From the NCBI RefSeq assembly GCF_013122565.1, contig NZ_CP053258.1: a stretch of 64,000 bases of DNA, one strand, 5' to 3'. The translations under genes were made by a program, and so were the position numbers. Under the pieces are notes generated by a model. It saw only the letters and a list, made by a program, of their open reading frames with translations. It was not told the DNA's origin and did no database searches. The stretch's first letter is position 1; every line of letters begins with the position of its first letter. This document shows, piece by piece, positions 11,449 through 22,450 of this stretch. The DNA is from Escherichia coli (GTDB taxonomy: Bacteria > Pseudomonadota > Gammaproteobacteria > Enterobacterales > Enterobacteriaceae).

Positions 11449-12393
11449 ATGCTAACATTTTTTATTGGCGATTTATTGCCTATTATCGTAATCATGCTGT
11501 TGGGTTATTTTAGCGGCAGACGAGAAACTTTTTCAGAAGATCAAGCCCGGGCATTTAATAAACTGGTATTAAACTACGCTCTTCCTGCGGCTCTATTTGT
11601 TTCTATTACCAGGGCAAACAGGGAAATGATTTTTGCGGACACTCGTCTGACCCTTGTATCACTTGTGGTTATTGTCGGATGTTTCTTTTTCTCCTGGTTC
11701 GGTTGCTACAAATTTTTTAAACGTACTCATGCAGAAGCAGCTGTATGTGCATTAATTGCGGGTTCACCTACCATTGGATTCCTGGGGTTTGCAGTTCTCG
11801 ATCCTATTTATGGTGATTCCGTATCAACAGGTTTAGTGGTAGCAATTATTTCTATTATTGTTAACGCAATTACTATTCCTATTGGTCTGTATTTGCTGAA
11901 TCCTTCCTCAGGAGCGGATGGTAAGAAGAATAGTAATCTGAGCGCATTAATTTCTGCGGCAAAGGAGCCAGTAGTATGGGCACCTGTTCTGGCAACGATC
12001 CTGGTGTTGGTTGGGGTAAAAATTCCGGCAGCATGGGACCCAACCTTTAATCTGATTGCGAAGGCTAACTCAGGGGTAGCGGTATTCGCTGCGGGGTTGA
12101 CTCTGGCTGCACATAAATTCGAGTTCAGTGCCGAAATTGCTTATAACACCTTCCTGAAGCTGATTCTGATGCCACTGGCGCTGCTTCTCGTTGGTATGGC
12201 ATGTCATTTGAACAGCGAACATTTGCAGATGATGGTACTGGCAGGCGCATTACCGCCGGCATTCTCCGGAATCATTATTGCCAGCCGGTTTAATGTCTAC
12301 ACCCGCACTGGTACAGCGTCATTGGCTGTGAGCGTACTGGGCTTTGTCGTCACGGCTCCCTTGTGGATTTATGTCAGTCGACTGGTTTCATAA
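11449..12393 (+). CDS. yfdV: AEC-family transporter YfdV
   Basis: 314-aa polytopic membrane ORF; conserved position between oxc and yfdE. Confidence 0.88.
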
Positions 12394-12421
12394 TTAATCA
12401 TGTTATTGATTTTACATAAAT

Positions 12422-12452
12422 GCCGAAGTGTCTTTTCACCTTCGGCTTTTTT
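12422..12452 (+). terminator. Rho-independent terminator-like hairpin after yfdV
   Basis: gccgaagtg...caccttcggc stem followed by TTTTTT. Confidence 0.5.
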
Positions 12453-12466
12453 CAAGGCATAAGAAA

Positions 12467-13612
12467 ATGACAAATAATGAATGTAAAGGGCCGTTTGAAG
12501 GCTTATTAGTTATCGATATGACACATGTCCTTAATGGACCTTTCGGAACTCAACTTCTTTGTAATATGGGCGCAAGGGTAATTAAAGTTGAGCCGCCGGG
12601 TCATGGTGATGATACCCGCACATTTGGTCCCTATGTGGATGGACAGTCACTCTATTACAGTTTTATTAATCATGGCAAAGAGAGTGTGGTTCTTGATTTA
12701 AAGAATGATCACGATAAAAGTATATTTATAAATATGCTTAAACAAGCTGATGTATTAGCTGAGAATTTTCGCCCAGGTACAATGGAAAAACTGGGGTTTT
12801 CATGGGAAAGGTTACAAGAAATCAACCCGCGCCTCATATATGCTTCATCGTCGGGTTTCGGGCATACCGGTCCGTTAAAAGATGCTCCTGCCTACGATAC
12901 CATTATTCAGGCAATGAGCGGGATAATGATGGAAACAGGGTACCCTGATGCTCCTCCAGTGCGTGTTGGTACCTCTCTTGCGGATCTATGCGGCGGTGTC
13001 TACTTATTCAGCGGAATCGTGAGTGCACTTTATGGCCGCGAAAAGAGCCAGAGAGGGGCGCATGTCGATATAGCGATGTTTGATGCCACGCTGAGTTTTC
13101 TGGAGCATGGTCTGATGGCATATATTGCGACAGGGAAGTCACCACAACGTCTGGGAAATCGCCATCCCTACATGGCACCTTTTGATGTTTTCGATACTCA
13201 GGATAAGCCGATTACGATTTGTTGTGGTAATGACAAGCTTTTTTCTGCGTTATGCCAGGCACTGGAGCTTACGGAACTGGTTAATGATCCCCGATTTAGC
13301 AGCAATATTTTACGTGTACAAAACCAGGCTATTCTTAAACAATATATTGAGCGGACGTTAAAAACGCAGGCAGCTGAAGTTTGGTTAGCCAAAATACATG
13401 AAGTTGGTGTGCCTGTCGCGCCGTTATTAAGTGTGGCTGAGGCCATTAATTTGCCACAAACTCAGGCGAGAAATATGTTGATTGAAGCCGGAGGAATAAT
13501 GATGCCGGGTAATCCGATAAAAATCAGCGGCTGCGCGGACCCGCATGTTATGCCGGGAGCGGCAACGCTCGACCAGCATGGGGAACAAATTCGCCAGGAG
13601 TTCTCATCATAA
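12467..13612 (+). CDS. yfdE: Acetyl-CoA:oxalate CoA-transferase YfdE (family III CoA-transferase)
   Basis: ORF 12428..13612; ATG at 12467 gives MTNNECKGPFEGLLVIDMTHVLNGPFG..., a paralogue of Frc. Confidence 0.9.
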   Translation: MTNNECKGPFEGLLVIDMTHVLNGPFGTQLLCNMGARVIKVEPPGHGDDTRTFGPYVDGQSLYYSFINHGKESVVLDLKNDHDKSIFINMLKQADVLAENFRPGTMEKLGFSWERLQEINPRLIYASSSGFGHTGPLKDAPAYDTIIQAMSGIMMETGYPDAPPVRVGTSLADLCGGVYLFSGIVSALYGREKSQRGAHVDIAMFDATLSFLEHGLMAYIATGKSPQRLGNRHPYMAPFDVFDTQDKPITICCGNDKLFSALCQALELTELVNDPRFSSNILRVQNQAILKQYIERTLKTQAAEVWLAKIHEVGVPVAPLLSVAEAINLPQTQARNMLIEAGGIMMPGNPIKISGCADPHVMPGAATLDQHGEQIRQEFSS

Positions 13613-13667
13613 ATGTAAGATGTGCTGGTAAATAGCTCCCACATTTGAACATTGTGGGAGCCGCTAT

Positions 13668-16600
13668 TTAGTCTTTTTGTTGACAGAAAACAGAAATCTC
13701 CTGGTCCAGCTCTGCAATGTGTTCTTTTACAGAGTTCAGCAACTGAAGAATTTCAGGCTTACTGTCATCTGAAACAGGTGTTATTTCTAACTGATGGCTA
13801 ATATTAATCAACTTTTGCAAATTCAGGATGTTAGCCGCACCGTGGATGCGATGAATACACTGATGGAAAGTTCTGTTATCGCCAGCTTCTAGTGCATGAA
13901 ACGCAGCGGGTAGATCTTTATGCGTTTCATGCTGGAAAGTCATGAGAATCTCCTGCATCAGTTGTAGATCGTTCGCCGTATTATTTTTCAGGGCTTCGAT
14001 ATCAAGGTGGCGATACTGAGGTGCAATATGCGCAACCTGGTGTAACTGACTTAAATGTGTTTTCAGTACATCCAGGGTCAACGGTTTGAACAAACATAAG
14101 TTCATGCCGCAATTTAACCCTTTTTCACGTTCGTTAGCCTGTGCGTTGGCAGTAAGCCCCCAGATGGGTAAGGAAGAATTTTGCTCACGGAGTTTGCGAG
14201 TCAACTCAAAACCATCCATATTCGGCATATTAACGTCAGTAATAAGCAGATCATAATGTTGCATACTGACTTTGTGTAGCGCTTGCACACCATCAGTGGC
14301 TTCATCAACATCATATCCTAATAGATTTAGCTGGCGTTTGAGTAATAGCCTGTTGGTTGGATGATCATCCGCGATTAATATGCTCAACTTTTCAGGCAGT
14401 GTGATGGGTTGTTCTGCCTTTGCCTCGACAGTCGCCACTTGTTGGATAATTTCTACCGGGATTGTGATCGTAAATGTTGTTCCTATGCCTGGATGACTTT
14501 CTAATGACAAATCGCCCTGCATGTTTTTAATTAATTCTTTGCAGATCATTAAGCCTAAACCAGAACCTGTTTGCTGACGACCTGCACTTGTTTGGCTATA
14601 ACGTTTAAACAGTTGTTGTTGTTCTTCCTGTGATAATCCACTTCCAGAATCCATAATCGTCATTTTGATTACAGCGTGGTTGTCATCAATGTGAACCAGG
14701 GAGGTCGTAATTTTTACTGCCCCCTCGGTGGTAAATTTGAGAGCATTGCTCAGTAAATTAGATAAGACCTGCTTAAACGCCTGAGGGTCGATCTTAACCA
14801 GGTAATGTTCAGGAAACGTACTGCTGCAACTTAATGCGATCGATTTGCTTGCAGCAATCGCACCGAAAGAGTGACAAGTGTTCTGGACTAAAGTAGGGAT
14901 ATCGACCCATTGTGGTTGAAGTTGATAGTTACCCGATTCAATTTTGTCGACATCAAGGATTTCACCAATTAAGCCGAGGAGTGATTGTCCGGTGGCGTAG
15001 GCAAGTGAAATCGCCTCCACCCGTTGCTCCTTGCTAAGACCAGAACCCGACAGAAGTTCCAGGAAGCCCATAATGGAGCTTATTGGTGTTCTTATTTCGT
15101 GACTCATTGTTGCCAGAAACTGGCTTTTTGCGACAGTTGCATTGATCGCTTTATTTCTCTCTACTTCGAGTGCATGAATTAAATCACGCGTCTCGGTAAT
15201 ATCTTGCCAACCACAAATATAAACAGCATGATCGCTGGCTGGCAGATTGCATAATGTATGCCAGTGATTAATGCATCTTTTCTCGATGCCATTATCAATT
15301 TCAAATACCTGTGTGTATATTGTTCGATTTTCTTTCGTTTCTGCTGTGACTTCATGCGCATTAGAAAAAACATCTTTAAAGGGGGAGTCACTGTTTTCTA
15401 ATGGTAACATTGCATTTTTGTAGTAATCCGCAGTGAAATAATGTTCAAAAGCACTATTATGACTAATGACATTACCTTGCCAGTTTACAACATAAGTTGG
15501 ATTCGGTAAGGAATCCGAGAGTGCTTTCCGGAATGATATTTGGTTTTCTAAATCACCCTGAATGACTTTACGACGACGAACTGAGCGTAACAGGTAGAAT
15601 CCCCATAAAAGGCTACTGCCAACTAATAAAACGGATAATGTCGTAACAATATAAAATTGCTCGCTATAGAGGTCCCATGTGTCAATGGTCACATTGGGCA
15701 TTTTAATCCATTTTTCCGTCAGGCGCAGAACTTCGCTTGGGGGAATTGCATTCAGTGCTTTATTAATAATATCCTTAAGTTCTGGTTCTCCACGAGGAAA
15801 AGCGAACGAAAGCGATGCATTCGGAACGCCAGGAATAAGAAAATGATAAAGCTCATTAGGATAGTAATGGTCGATCATATAACGCGAATTTAGCTGTGTC
15901 GCGACCAGAGCATCAAGTTCACCTTCCTTAACCTTGTGAAATGCAGCGCTGGCATTATCGACTTGTATCCACTCAACCTCCGGATACATCTCTTTTAATT
16001 GCGAATGCAGCTCATAATAATATGGAATGGCAACTTTCATTCCTTTTTTTAATGTTTGTTCACTGTCAGGCGCTTTTTGCATGACAAAAACGTATGGTGT
16101 TGTTATGAAAGCTTCTGCAAATGAAACATTATTTTCTCGATCTTCACTATAAATAGCGCCAGGTATTATATCCCATCCACCGGGGCTAAGCTGTGTTCCG
16201 GCATGGATATTGTGTGAAACGGTGATCGGAGAAAAATTTAAACCTGTTTGCAAGGTAATAATATTAAGAATATCCCCCATAACGCCCCGAACCGAGCCAT
16301 TTTCATCCGTCATAGAATAGGGAGGAGAGTAAGGATTTTCCAGCACCTTTAAATCGGGATGTTGTTTAATCCACTGTTTTTCATGTTCAGTGAGTTCTAA
16401 TGGTTTGTTCAGAAAGGCCAGGTTTCCTGTATCAAGCCAATTTTGTGATACTTCATAGCGAACTTCATTTGTTAAAGCATCAACAAATCTATTGAGTACT
16501 TCATTAAGAATGACAGATTCTTTTCTGGTCAAGAAAAAATTATATTGACGCGGCGAGTTATAATATTTCACTACATTTAAGGAGTGAGTGAAATAGCGGG

Positions 16601-17261
16601 AAATCATACTGCTGGTAATGATGTTACTACCAATAAAGTAATCATTCTGTCCGGCTGATACGGATGCTAATGCCTGATATAAATTTGTAAAAGAGATAAT
16701 TGTTGCTTTTGGAAATGATTGATGAATTACCTCGTCTGGGGGGTAATTTGCTACCCGAGCAATATTTACTGGTTTTGGTGAGGTAAGCGGTCGCATTGAG
16801 TCGTGAAGGGTGGTTACCAGCGCCGGAAAGGTAATTATCAATGGTTTGGTTGCAGCAATGTCATTATTAAGAGGCGGCGAAGTAACTAAATGTGATAACA
16901 CTATATCGACTTCACCTTCTGTAAGCGCGTCCATTGCTTTTTGATGATCTGCGTATTCCCGGAGTGTTAATTTGATATTTAACGCTCTTTTTAAAAGATT
17001 TAAATAATCAGCATTAATACCACGAACCTGTTGCTGCGAATCGGTATGCAACAACGTAGCCGTTTGGGACTTGTGTACTGCAATCACAAGATTTTTTTTG
17101 CTCGCTAACCAACGTAATTCCTTGTTGCTCAGACGTACTGGATCAAGTGTGACACGGTTGTTACTACTGATGCCACGATATTCGATGTAATCTTCGTCTG
17201 CGAAACTTATGGTCGACCAAAGACTACAACAGAGAAGAAAAAAATAGGGTAAAAACTTCAT
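13668..17261 (-). CDS. evgS: Hybrid sensor histidine kinase EvgS
   Basis: 1197-aa ORF with signal peptide, two periplasmic binding-protein-like domains, HisKA/HATPase, receiver and HPt domains. Confidence 0.95.
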   Translation of the reverse strand: MKFLPYFFLLCCSLWSTISFADEDYIEYRGISSNNRVTLDPVRLSNKELRWLASKKNLVIAVHKSQTATLLHTDSQQQVRGINADYLNLLKRALNIKLTLREYADHQKAMDALTEGEVDIVLSHLVTSPPLNNDIAATKPLIITFPALVTTLHDSMRPLTSPKPVNIARVANYPPDEVIHQSFPKATIISFTNLYQALASVSAGQNDYFIGSNIITSSMISRYFTHSLNVVKYYNSPRQYNFFLTRKESVILNEVLNRFVDALTNEVRYEVSQNWLDTGNLAFLNKPLELTEHEKQWIKQHPDLKVLENPYSPPYSMTDENGSVRGVMGDILNIITLQTGLNFSPITVSHNIHAGTQLSPGGWDIIPGAIYSEDRENNVSFAEAFITTPYVFVMQKAPDSEQTLKKGMKVAIPYYYELHSQLKEMYPEVEWIQVDNASAAFHKVKEGELDALVATQLNSRYMIDHYYPNELYHFLIPGVPNASLSFAFPRGEPELKDIINKALNAIPPSEVLRLTEKWIKMPNVTIDTWDLYSEQFYIVTTLSVLLVGSSLLWGFYLLRSVRRRKVIQGDLENQISFRKALSDSLPNPTYVVNWQGNVISHNSAFEHYFTADYYKNAMLPLENSDSPFKDVFSNAHEVTAETKENRTIYTQVFEIDNGIEKRCINHWHTLCNLPASDHAVYICGWQDITETRDLIHALEVERNKAINATVAKSQFLATMSHEIRTPISSIMGFLELLSGSGLSKEQRVEAISLAYATGQSLLGLIGEILDVDKIESGNYQLQPQWVDIPTLVQNTCHSFGAIAASKSIALSCSSTFPEHYLVKIDPQAFKQVLSNLLSNALKFTTEGAVKITTSLVHIDDNHAVIKMTIMDSGSGLSQEEQQQLFKRYSQTSAGRQQTGSGLGLMICKELIKNMQGDLSLESHPGIGTTFTITIPVEIIQQVATVEAKAEQPITLPEKLSILIADDHPTNRLLLKRQLNLLGYDVDEATDGVQALHKVSMQHYDLLITDVNMPNMDGFELTRKLREQNSSLPIWGLTANAQANEREKGLNCGMNLCLFKPLTLDVLKTHLSQLHQVAHIAPQYRHLDIEALKNNTANDLQLMQEILMTFQHETHKDLPAAFHALEAGDNRTFHQCIHRIHGAANILNLQKLINISHQLEITPVSDDSKPEILQLLNSVKEHIAELDQEISVFCQQKD

Positions 17262-17265
17262 GTGA

Positions 17266-17880
17266 TTAGCCGATTTTGTTACGTTGCGCGAATGTGTAAA
17301 GATCCATCAGTGATTTACATTCTAATTTTTCCATCAGGCGACTTTTATACGTGCTGACAGTTTTGTTGCTGATGAACATTTTTTCCGCAATGTCATTATT
17401 ATCCTTGCCATCAAGAATATACCTCATGACACTAATTTCTTGTTTCGATAAGGAGTCGAGTTTTTGCTGGTCGGACGTTAAACTTCCAACAAACCGGTTG
17501 AGAGAGAAGGGGAAATAGCAGTAGCCATTTTTTGCAGCTTCAATAGCCGCAATGATATTGTTCATGCCTTCTTTTTTACTCACGAATCCATTAGCGCCAG
17601 CATCAGCACAATGTTTCCCGTAAAAATGGTCATTTTTAGCGGAGACAATAATAATAATTCCGCTATATTGGCGCTTCCTCAGCGTTTCTAACACCTGGAT
17701 ACCGTTAACTCCGGGGATATCGACATCAATGATGACGATATCAGGCTTAAGTGTTTCCACCCGCTGAACGGCGCTTCCCCCTTCAGTCAACTCCGCTAAG
17801 ATTTCAATATCGTTTTTGATCAATAGATTACGAATTGCTGCGATAGCAAGAGGATGGTCATCAATAATTATTGCGTTCAT
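17266..17880 (-). CDS. evgA: Response regulator EvgA (NarL/FixJ family)
   Basis: 204-aa ORF with receiver domain (MNAIIIDDHPLAIAAIRNLL...) and C-terminal LuxR-type HTH. Confidence 0.95.
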   Translation of the reverse strand: MNAIIIDDHPLAIAAIRNLLIKNDIEILAELTEGGSAVQRVETLKPDIVIIDVDIPGVNGIQVLETLRKRQYSGIIIIVSAKNDHFYGKHCADAGANGFVSKKEGMNNIIAAIEAAKNGYCYFPFSLNRFVGSLTSDQQKLDSLSKQEISVMRYILDGKDNNDIAEKMFISNKTVSTYKSRLMEKLECKSLMDLYTFAQRNKIG

Positions 17881-18104
17881 AGATTATTCCCTTTGCAATG
17901 AAGCATCTCCCTTCTCCCTGTAGTAATACAGACATAAGGCGTCATCTCATTTTCTCAATAAAAATAAGAAAATCCGAGCTTCCTTTAAGATAATTCGAAA
18001 AGTATACCATATAAATAGTCGGCATAAATGAAATGTCAACAATAAAATTAGGGATTATACCGATGATTTATAGTTTCAAGTTAGCACTATAAGTCTTCTC
18101 ACTA

Positions 18105-18122
18105 ATCCTACAGGCGTAAGAA
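18105..18122. promoter_or_regulatory. Putative EvgA box in the evgA-emrK divergent intergenic region
   Basis: atcctaca-gg-cgtaagaa matches the EvgA 18-bp inverted-repeat consensus at 16 of 18 positions. Confidence 0.45.
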
Positions 18123-18295
18123 TTGTATTGCAAAGGCCACGGTTTAGTCCTCTGTTGTTTTTTTTGCACCTCATTTAAATTAGGCCTCCAACGTTCCTGG
18201 GATAATGTGCAACACATGCACTGTGTTTGATATGAAGAATGAATATTCTTTTCATTCAATTCATAAATTTCATCTACGCGAAATGAGAGATAATA

Positions 18296-19459
18296 GTGGA
18301 ACAGATTAATTCAAATAAAAAACATTCTAACAGAAGAAAATACTTTTCTTTATTGGCGATAGTTTTATTTATTGCGTTTTCAGGTGCTTATGCCTATTGG
18401 TCAATGGAATTAGAAGACATGATTAGTACAGATGACGCCTATGTCACGGGGAATGCAGATCCAATTTCTGCGCAAGTCTCAGGTAGTGTCACTGTCGTTA
18501 ATCATAAAGATACGAACTACGTTCGACAGGGTGACATTTTAGTTTCACTGGATAAAACTGATGCCACTATCGCACTCAATAAAGCTAAAAATAATCTGGC
18601 AAATATTGTTCGGCAAACGAATAAACTGTACTTACAGGATAAACAATACAGTGCCGAAGTCGCTTCAGCACGTATTCAGTATCAACAATCTTTAGAAGAT
18701 TATAACCGTCGTGTGCCTTTAGCGAAGCAGGGGGTTATTTCAAAAGAAACGCTGGAGCATACCAAAGATACGTTAATAAGTAGCAAAGCGGCATTGAATG
18801 CCGCTATCCAGGCTTATAAAGCGAATAAAGCTTTAGTAATGAACACACCATTAAACCGTCAGCCACAAGTCGTTGAAGCGGCGGATGCAACCAAAGAAGC
18901 CTGGTTGGCGCTTAAACGTACGGATATTAAGAGTCCGGTTACCGGCTATATTGCCCAGAGAAGTGTTCAGGTCGGCGAAACAGTGAGTCCCGGACAATCG
19001 TTAATGGCTGTCGTACCGGCACGTCAAATGTGGGTTAATGCCAACTTTAAAGAAACACAACTCACGGATGTACGGATTGGTCAATCGGTCAATATTATCA
19101 GCGATCTTTATGGTGAGAATGTTGTGTTTCATGGTCGGGTGACAGGGATCAATATGGGAACCGGTAATGCGTTCTCCTTATTACCTGCACAAAATGCGAC
19201 AGGGAACTGGATCAAAATCGTTCAGCGTGTACCGGTTGAAGTTTCTCTTGATCCAAAAGAACTCATGGAACACCCCTTGCGCATTGGTTTATCGATGACT
19301 GCAACTATTGATACGAAGAACGAAGACATTGCTGAGATGCCTGAGCTGGCTTCAACCGTGACGTCCATGCCGGCTTATACCAGTAAGGCTTTAGTTATCG
19401 ATACCAGTCCGATAGAAAAAGAAATTAGCAACATTATTTCGCATAATGGACAACTTTAA
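18296..19459 (+). CDS. emrK: Multidrug efflux membrane fusion protein EmrK
   Basis: 387-aa ORF with N-terminal TM helix and HlyD-like coiled-coil region; EmrA paralogue. Confidence 0.93.
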   Translation: MEQINSNKKHSNRRKYFSLLAIVLFIAFSGAYAYWSMELEDMISTDDAYVTGNADPISAQVSGSVTVVNHKDTNYVRQGDILVSLDKTDATIALNKAKNNLANIVRQTNKLYLQDKQYSAEVASARIQYQQSLEDYNRRVPLAKQGVISKETLEHTKDTLISSKAALNAAIQAYKANKALVMNTPLNRQPQVVEAADATKEAWLALKRTDIKSPVTGYIAQRSVQVGETVSPGQSLMAVVPARQMWVNANFKETQLTDVRIGQSVNIISDLYGENVVFHGRVTGINMGTGNAFSLLPAQNATGNWIKIVQRVPVEVSLDPKELMEHPLRIGLSMTATIDTKNEDIAEMPELASTVTSMPAYTSKALVIDTSPIEKEISNIISHNGQL

Positions 19460-20997
19460 TGGCAATTACTAAATCAACTCCGGCACCATTAACCGGTGGG
19501 ACGTTATGGTGCGTCACTATTGCATTATCATTAGCGACGTTTATGCAAATGTTGGATTCCACTATTTCTAACGTCGCAATACCGACAATATCTGGCTTTC
19601 TGGGAGCATCAACAGACGAAGGCACCTGGGTTATCACCTCGTTTGGCGTAGCAAATGCTATTGCGATCCCTGTTACCGGCAGGCTGGCACAAAGAATAGG
19701 CGAATTAAGGTTATTTTTACTTTCAGTCACTTTTTTTTCGCTGTCTTCATTAATGTGTAGTTTATCGACCAATCTTGATGTGCTGATATTTTTTAGAGTC
19801 GTTCAGGGATTAATGGCGGGGCCGTTAATTCCACTGTCACAGAGTTTATTATTAAGGAATTATCCACCAGAAAAAAGAACATTTGCTCTGGCATTATGGT
19901 CTATGACCGTGATTATCGCTCCGATATGTGGGCCGATATTGGGCGGTTATATTTGTGATAACTTTAGCTGGGGTTGGATATTTTTAATCAATGTCCCTAT
20001 GGGGATTATCGTCCTGACATTATGCTTAACCTTACTTAAAGGAAGAGAAACTGAGACTTCACCGGTCAAAATGAATCTACCAGGACTGACCCTGTTAGTG
20101 CTCGGTGTTGGTGGCTTGCAAATTATGCTTGATAAAGGGCGGGATCTGGATTGGTTCAACTCGAGTACAATAATAATATTAACAGTAGTATCAGTTATTT
20201 CTCTGATCTCTTTAGTCATTTGGGAGTCGACCTCAGAGAACCCGATTCTTGACCTCAGTTTGTTTAAGTCCCGTAACTTCACCATTGGTATTGTGAGTAT
20301 CACCTGCGCGTATTTATTTTACTCTGGAGCGATAGTCCTTATGCCGCAGTTACTCCAGGAAACGATGGGGTATAATGCGATATGGGCCGGGCTTGCTTAT
20401 GCGCCCATCGGCATCATGCCACTATTAATTTCACCTTTGATAGGACGTTATGGCAACAAAATTGACATGCGGGTGTTGGTGACATTTAGTTTTTTGATGT
20501 ATGCGGTTTGCTATTACTGGCGTTCTGTGACATTTATGCCAACGATTGATTTTACAGGTATCATTTTGCCGCAGTTTTTTCAGGGATTCGCCGTTGCCTG
20601 TTTCTTTTTACCCTTAACAACAATTTCGTTTTCAGGCTTGCCAGATAATAAATTTGCCAATGCCTCGAGTATGAGTAATTTTTTTCGTACCTTGTCAGGA
20701 TCAGTTGGTACGTCGTTGACAATGACGCTGTGGGGACGACGCGAATCGTTACACCATAGTCAGTTAACAGCAACCATCGATCAATTTAACCCGGTGTTTA
20801 ATTCATCGTCACAAATTATGGATAAATACTATGGTTCGCTTTCAGGAGTTCTTAATGAAATTAATAATGAAATAACCCAGCAGTCACTTTCTATTTCTGC
20901 AAATGAGATTTTCCGTATGGCGGCTATTGCTTTTATCTTACTTACGGTTTTGGTTTGGTTTGCGAAACCGCCGTTTACAGCGAAAGGCGTTGGGTGA
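19459..20997 (+). CDS. emrY: Multidrug efflux MFS transporter EmrY
   Basis: 512-aa 14-TM MFS ORF; start overlaps the emrK stop. Confidence 0.93.
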   Translation: MAITKSTPAPLTGGTLWCVTIALSLATFMQMLDSTISNVAIPTISGFLGASTDEGTWVITSFGVANAIAIPVTGRLAQRIGELRLFLLSVTFFSLSSLMCSLSTNLDVLIFFRVVQGLMAGPLIPLSQSLLLRNYPPEKRTFALALWSMTVIIAPICGPILGGYICDNFSWGWIFLINVPMGIIVLTLCLTLLKGRETETSPVKMNLPGLTLLVLGVGGLQIMLDKGRDLDWFNSSTIIILTVVSVISLISLVIWESTSENPILDLSLFKSRNFTIGIVSITCAYLFYSGAIVLMPQLLQETMGYNAIWAGLAYAPIGIMPLLISPLIGRYGNKIDMRVLVTFSFLMYAVCYYWRSVTFMPTIDFTGIILPQFFQGFAVACFFLPLTTISFSGLPDNKFANASSMSNFFRTLSGSVGTSLTMTLWGRRESLHHSQLTATIDQFNPVFNSSSQIMDKYYGSLSGVLNEINNEITQQSLSISANEIFRMAAIAFILLTVLVWFAKPPFTAKGVG

Positions 20998-21104
20998 TGG
21001 TAAAAGGAGGGGGTTATAGCAGGTAAGACCGGGGATCTTAAGTCTGCGCCATTGGCAGCATCGCTCACCCAAGGAAAGGATGGCGATGCTGAATTGAAAA
21101 TTAA

Positions 21105-22433
21105 TTAGTGGCCTTTTGCCAGATATTGCTCCATCTCTTCTTCCGGCACCATTCCACCTCCCGTCGCCCACACCAGATGAGTGGCATTATGCAGTTGTTC
21201 TGCGCTGAAACCGTGCATCTGTTGGTAACTTACTGATGCGCACACGCGCTGAGGCCCGGCCATACCCGCCAGTGCCGAAGGTTCAAGACGAATACCTTCT
21301 TCCTGCGCCAGCCAGCCAAGCATGTCATACATGGTTTGATCGCTAAGGGTGTAGAAGCCATCCAGTAGACGCTCCATTGCCCGCCCGACAAAGCCTGATG
21401 CGCGACCAACTGCAAGGCCATCCGCTGCGGTAAGGTTGTCGATACCAATATCCTGAACAGAAATCTGATCGTGTAATCCTGTATGGACGCCTAACAGCAT
21501 ACAAGGGGAGTGCGTTGGTTCGGCAAAAAAGCAGTGAACATGATCGCCAAATGCCAGTTTAAGCCCGAATGCGACGCCACCAGGACCACCGCCAACACCA
21601 CACGGCAGATAGACAAACAGAGGGTTATCAGCATCGACAATACGACCTTGCTCGGCAAATTGCGCTTTAAGACGCTGGCCTGCGACGGAATACCCAAGGA
21701 ACAACGTGCGGGAATTCTCGTCATCAATAAAGAAACAGTTCGGGTCAGACTGCGCTGCTTTACGTCCTTCCTCGACTGCAACACCATAATCTTGCTCATA
21801 TTCCACGACCGTAACGCCATGGCTGCGCAGTTTCGCTTTTTTCCATGCCCGGGCATCAGCAGACATATGTACTGTCACCTTAAAGCCAATGCGGGCGCTC
21901 ATAATGCCGATTGATAACCCCAGATTTCCGGTTGAGCCCACAGCAATGCTGTATTGGCTAAAGAACTGTTTAAACTCCGGAGAAAGCAGTTTGCTGTAGT
22001 CATCTTCAAGCGTCAGCAACCCCGCTTCCAGAGCCAGTTTTTCTGCATGTGCCAGGACTTCATAAATCCCGCCGCGTGCTTTTATGGAGCCGGAAATGGG
22101 CAAATGGCTATCTTTTTTCAGTAGCAGTTGCCCGCTGATCGGTTGTTGATATTCCTTTTCCAGCCGTTTTTGCATAGCCGGAATGGCAACCAGTTCTGAT
22201 TCAATAATCCCCCCAGTAGCAGCAGTTTCAGGAAATGCTTTTGCCAGATAGGGTGCAAAACGAGATAAGCGCGCATGGGCGTCCTGAACATCCTGTTCGG
22301 TCAGGCCAACATAAGGTAAACCTTCAGCCAATGAGGTCGTGTCAGGATTAAACCAGGTGGTTTCTTTAAGAGCAACCAGATCCTTTACCAACGGATACTG
22401 GGCGATGAGCGAGTTCATTTTAGCGTTTTCCAT
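21105..22433 (-). CDS. dsdA: D-serine dehydratase DsdA (PLP-dependent)
   Basis: 442-aa ORF with the PLP-lysine motif region SGSIKARGG. Confidence 0.95.
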   Translation of the reverse strand: MENAKMNSLIAQYPLVKDLVALKETTWFNPDTTSLAEGLPYVGLTEQDVQDAHARLSRFAPYLAKAFPETAATGGIIESELVAIPAMQKRLEKEYQQPISGQLLLKKDSHLPISGSIKARGGIYEVLAHAEKLALEAGLLTLEDDYSKLLSPEFKQFFSQYSIAVGSTGNLGLSIGIMSARIGFKVTVHMSADARAWKKAKLRSHGVTVVEYEQDYGVAVEEGRKAAQSDPNCFFIDDENSRTLFLGYSVAGQRLKAQFAEQGRIVDADNPLFVYLPCGVGGGPGGVAFGLKLAFGDHVHCFFAEPTHSPCMLLGVHTGLHDQISVQDIGIDNLTAADGLAVGRASGFVGRAMERLLDGFYTLSDQTMYDMLGWLAQEEGIRLEPSALAGMAGPQRVCASVSYQQMHGFSAEQLHNATHLVWATGGGMVPEEEMEQYLAKGH

Positions 22434-22450
22434 AGTACGTCTCTTTGCGC

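Noticed and set aside
18068-18259. 63-aa minus-strand ORF in the evgA-emrK intergenic region
   Set aside because: Overlaps the candidate EvgA box and promoter region; no support as a gene.
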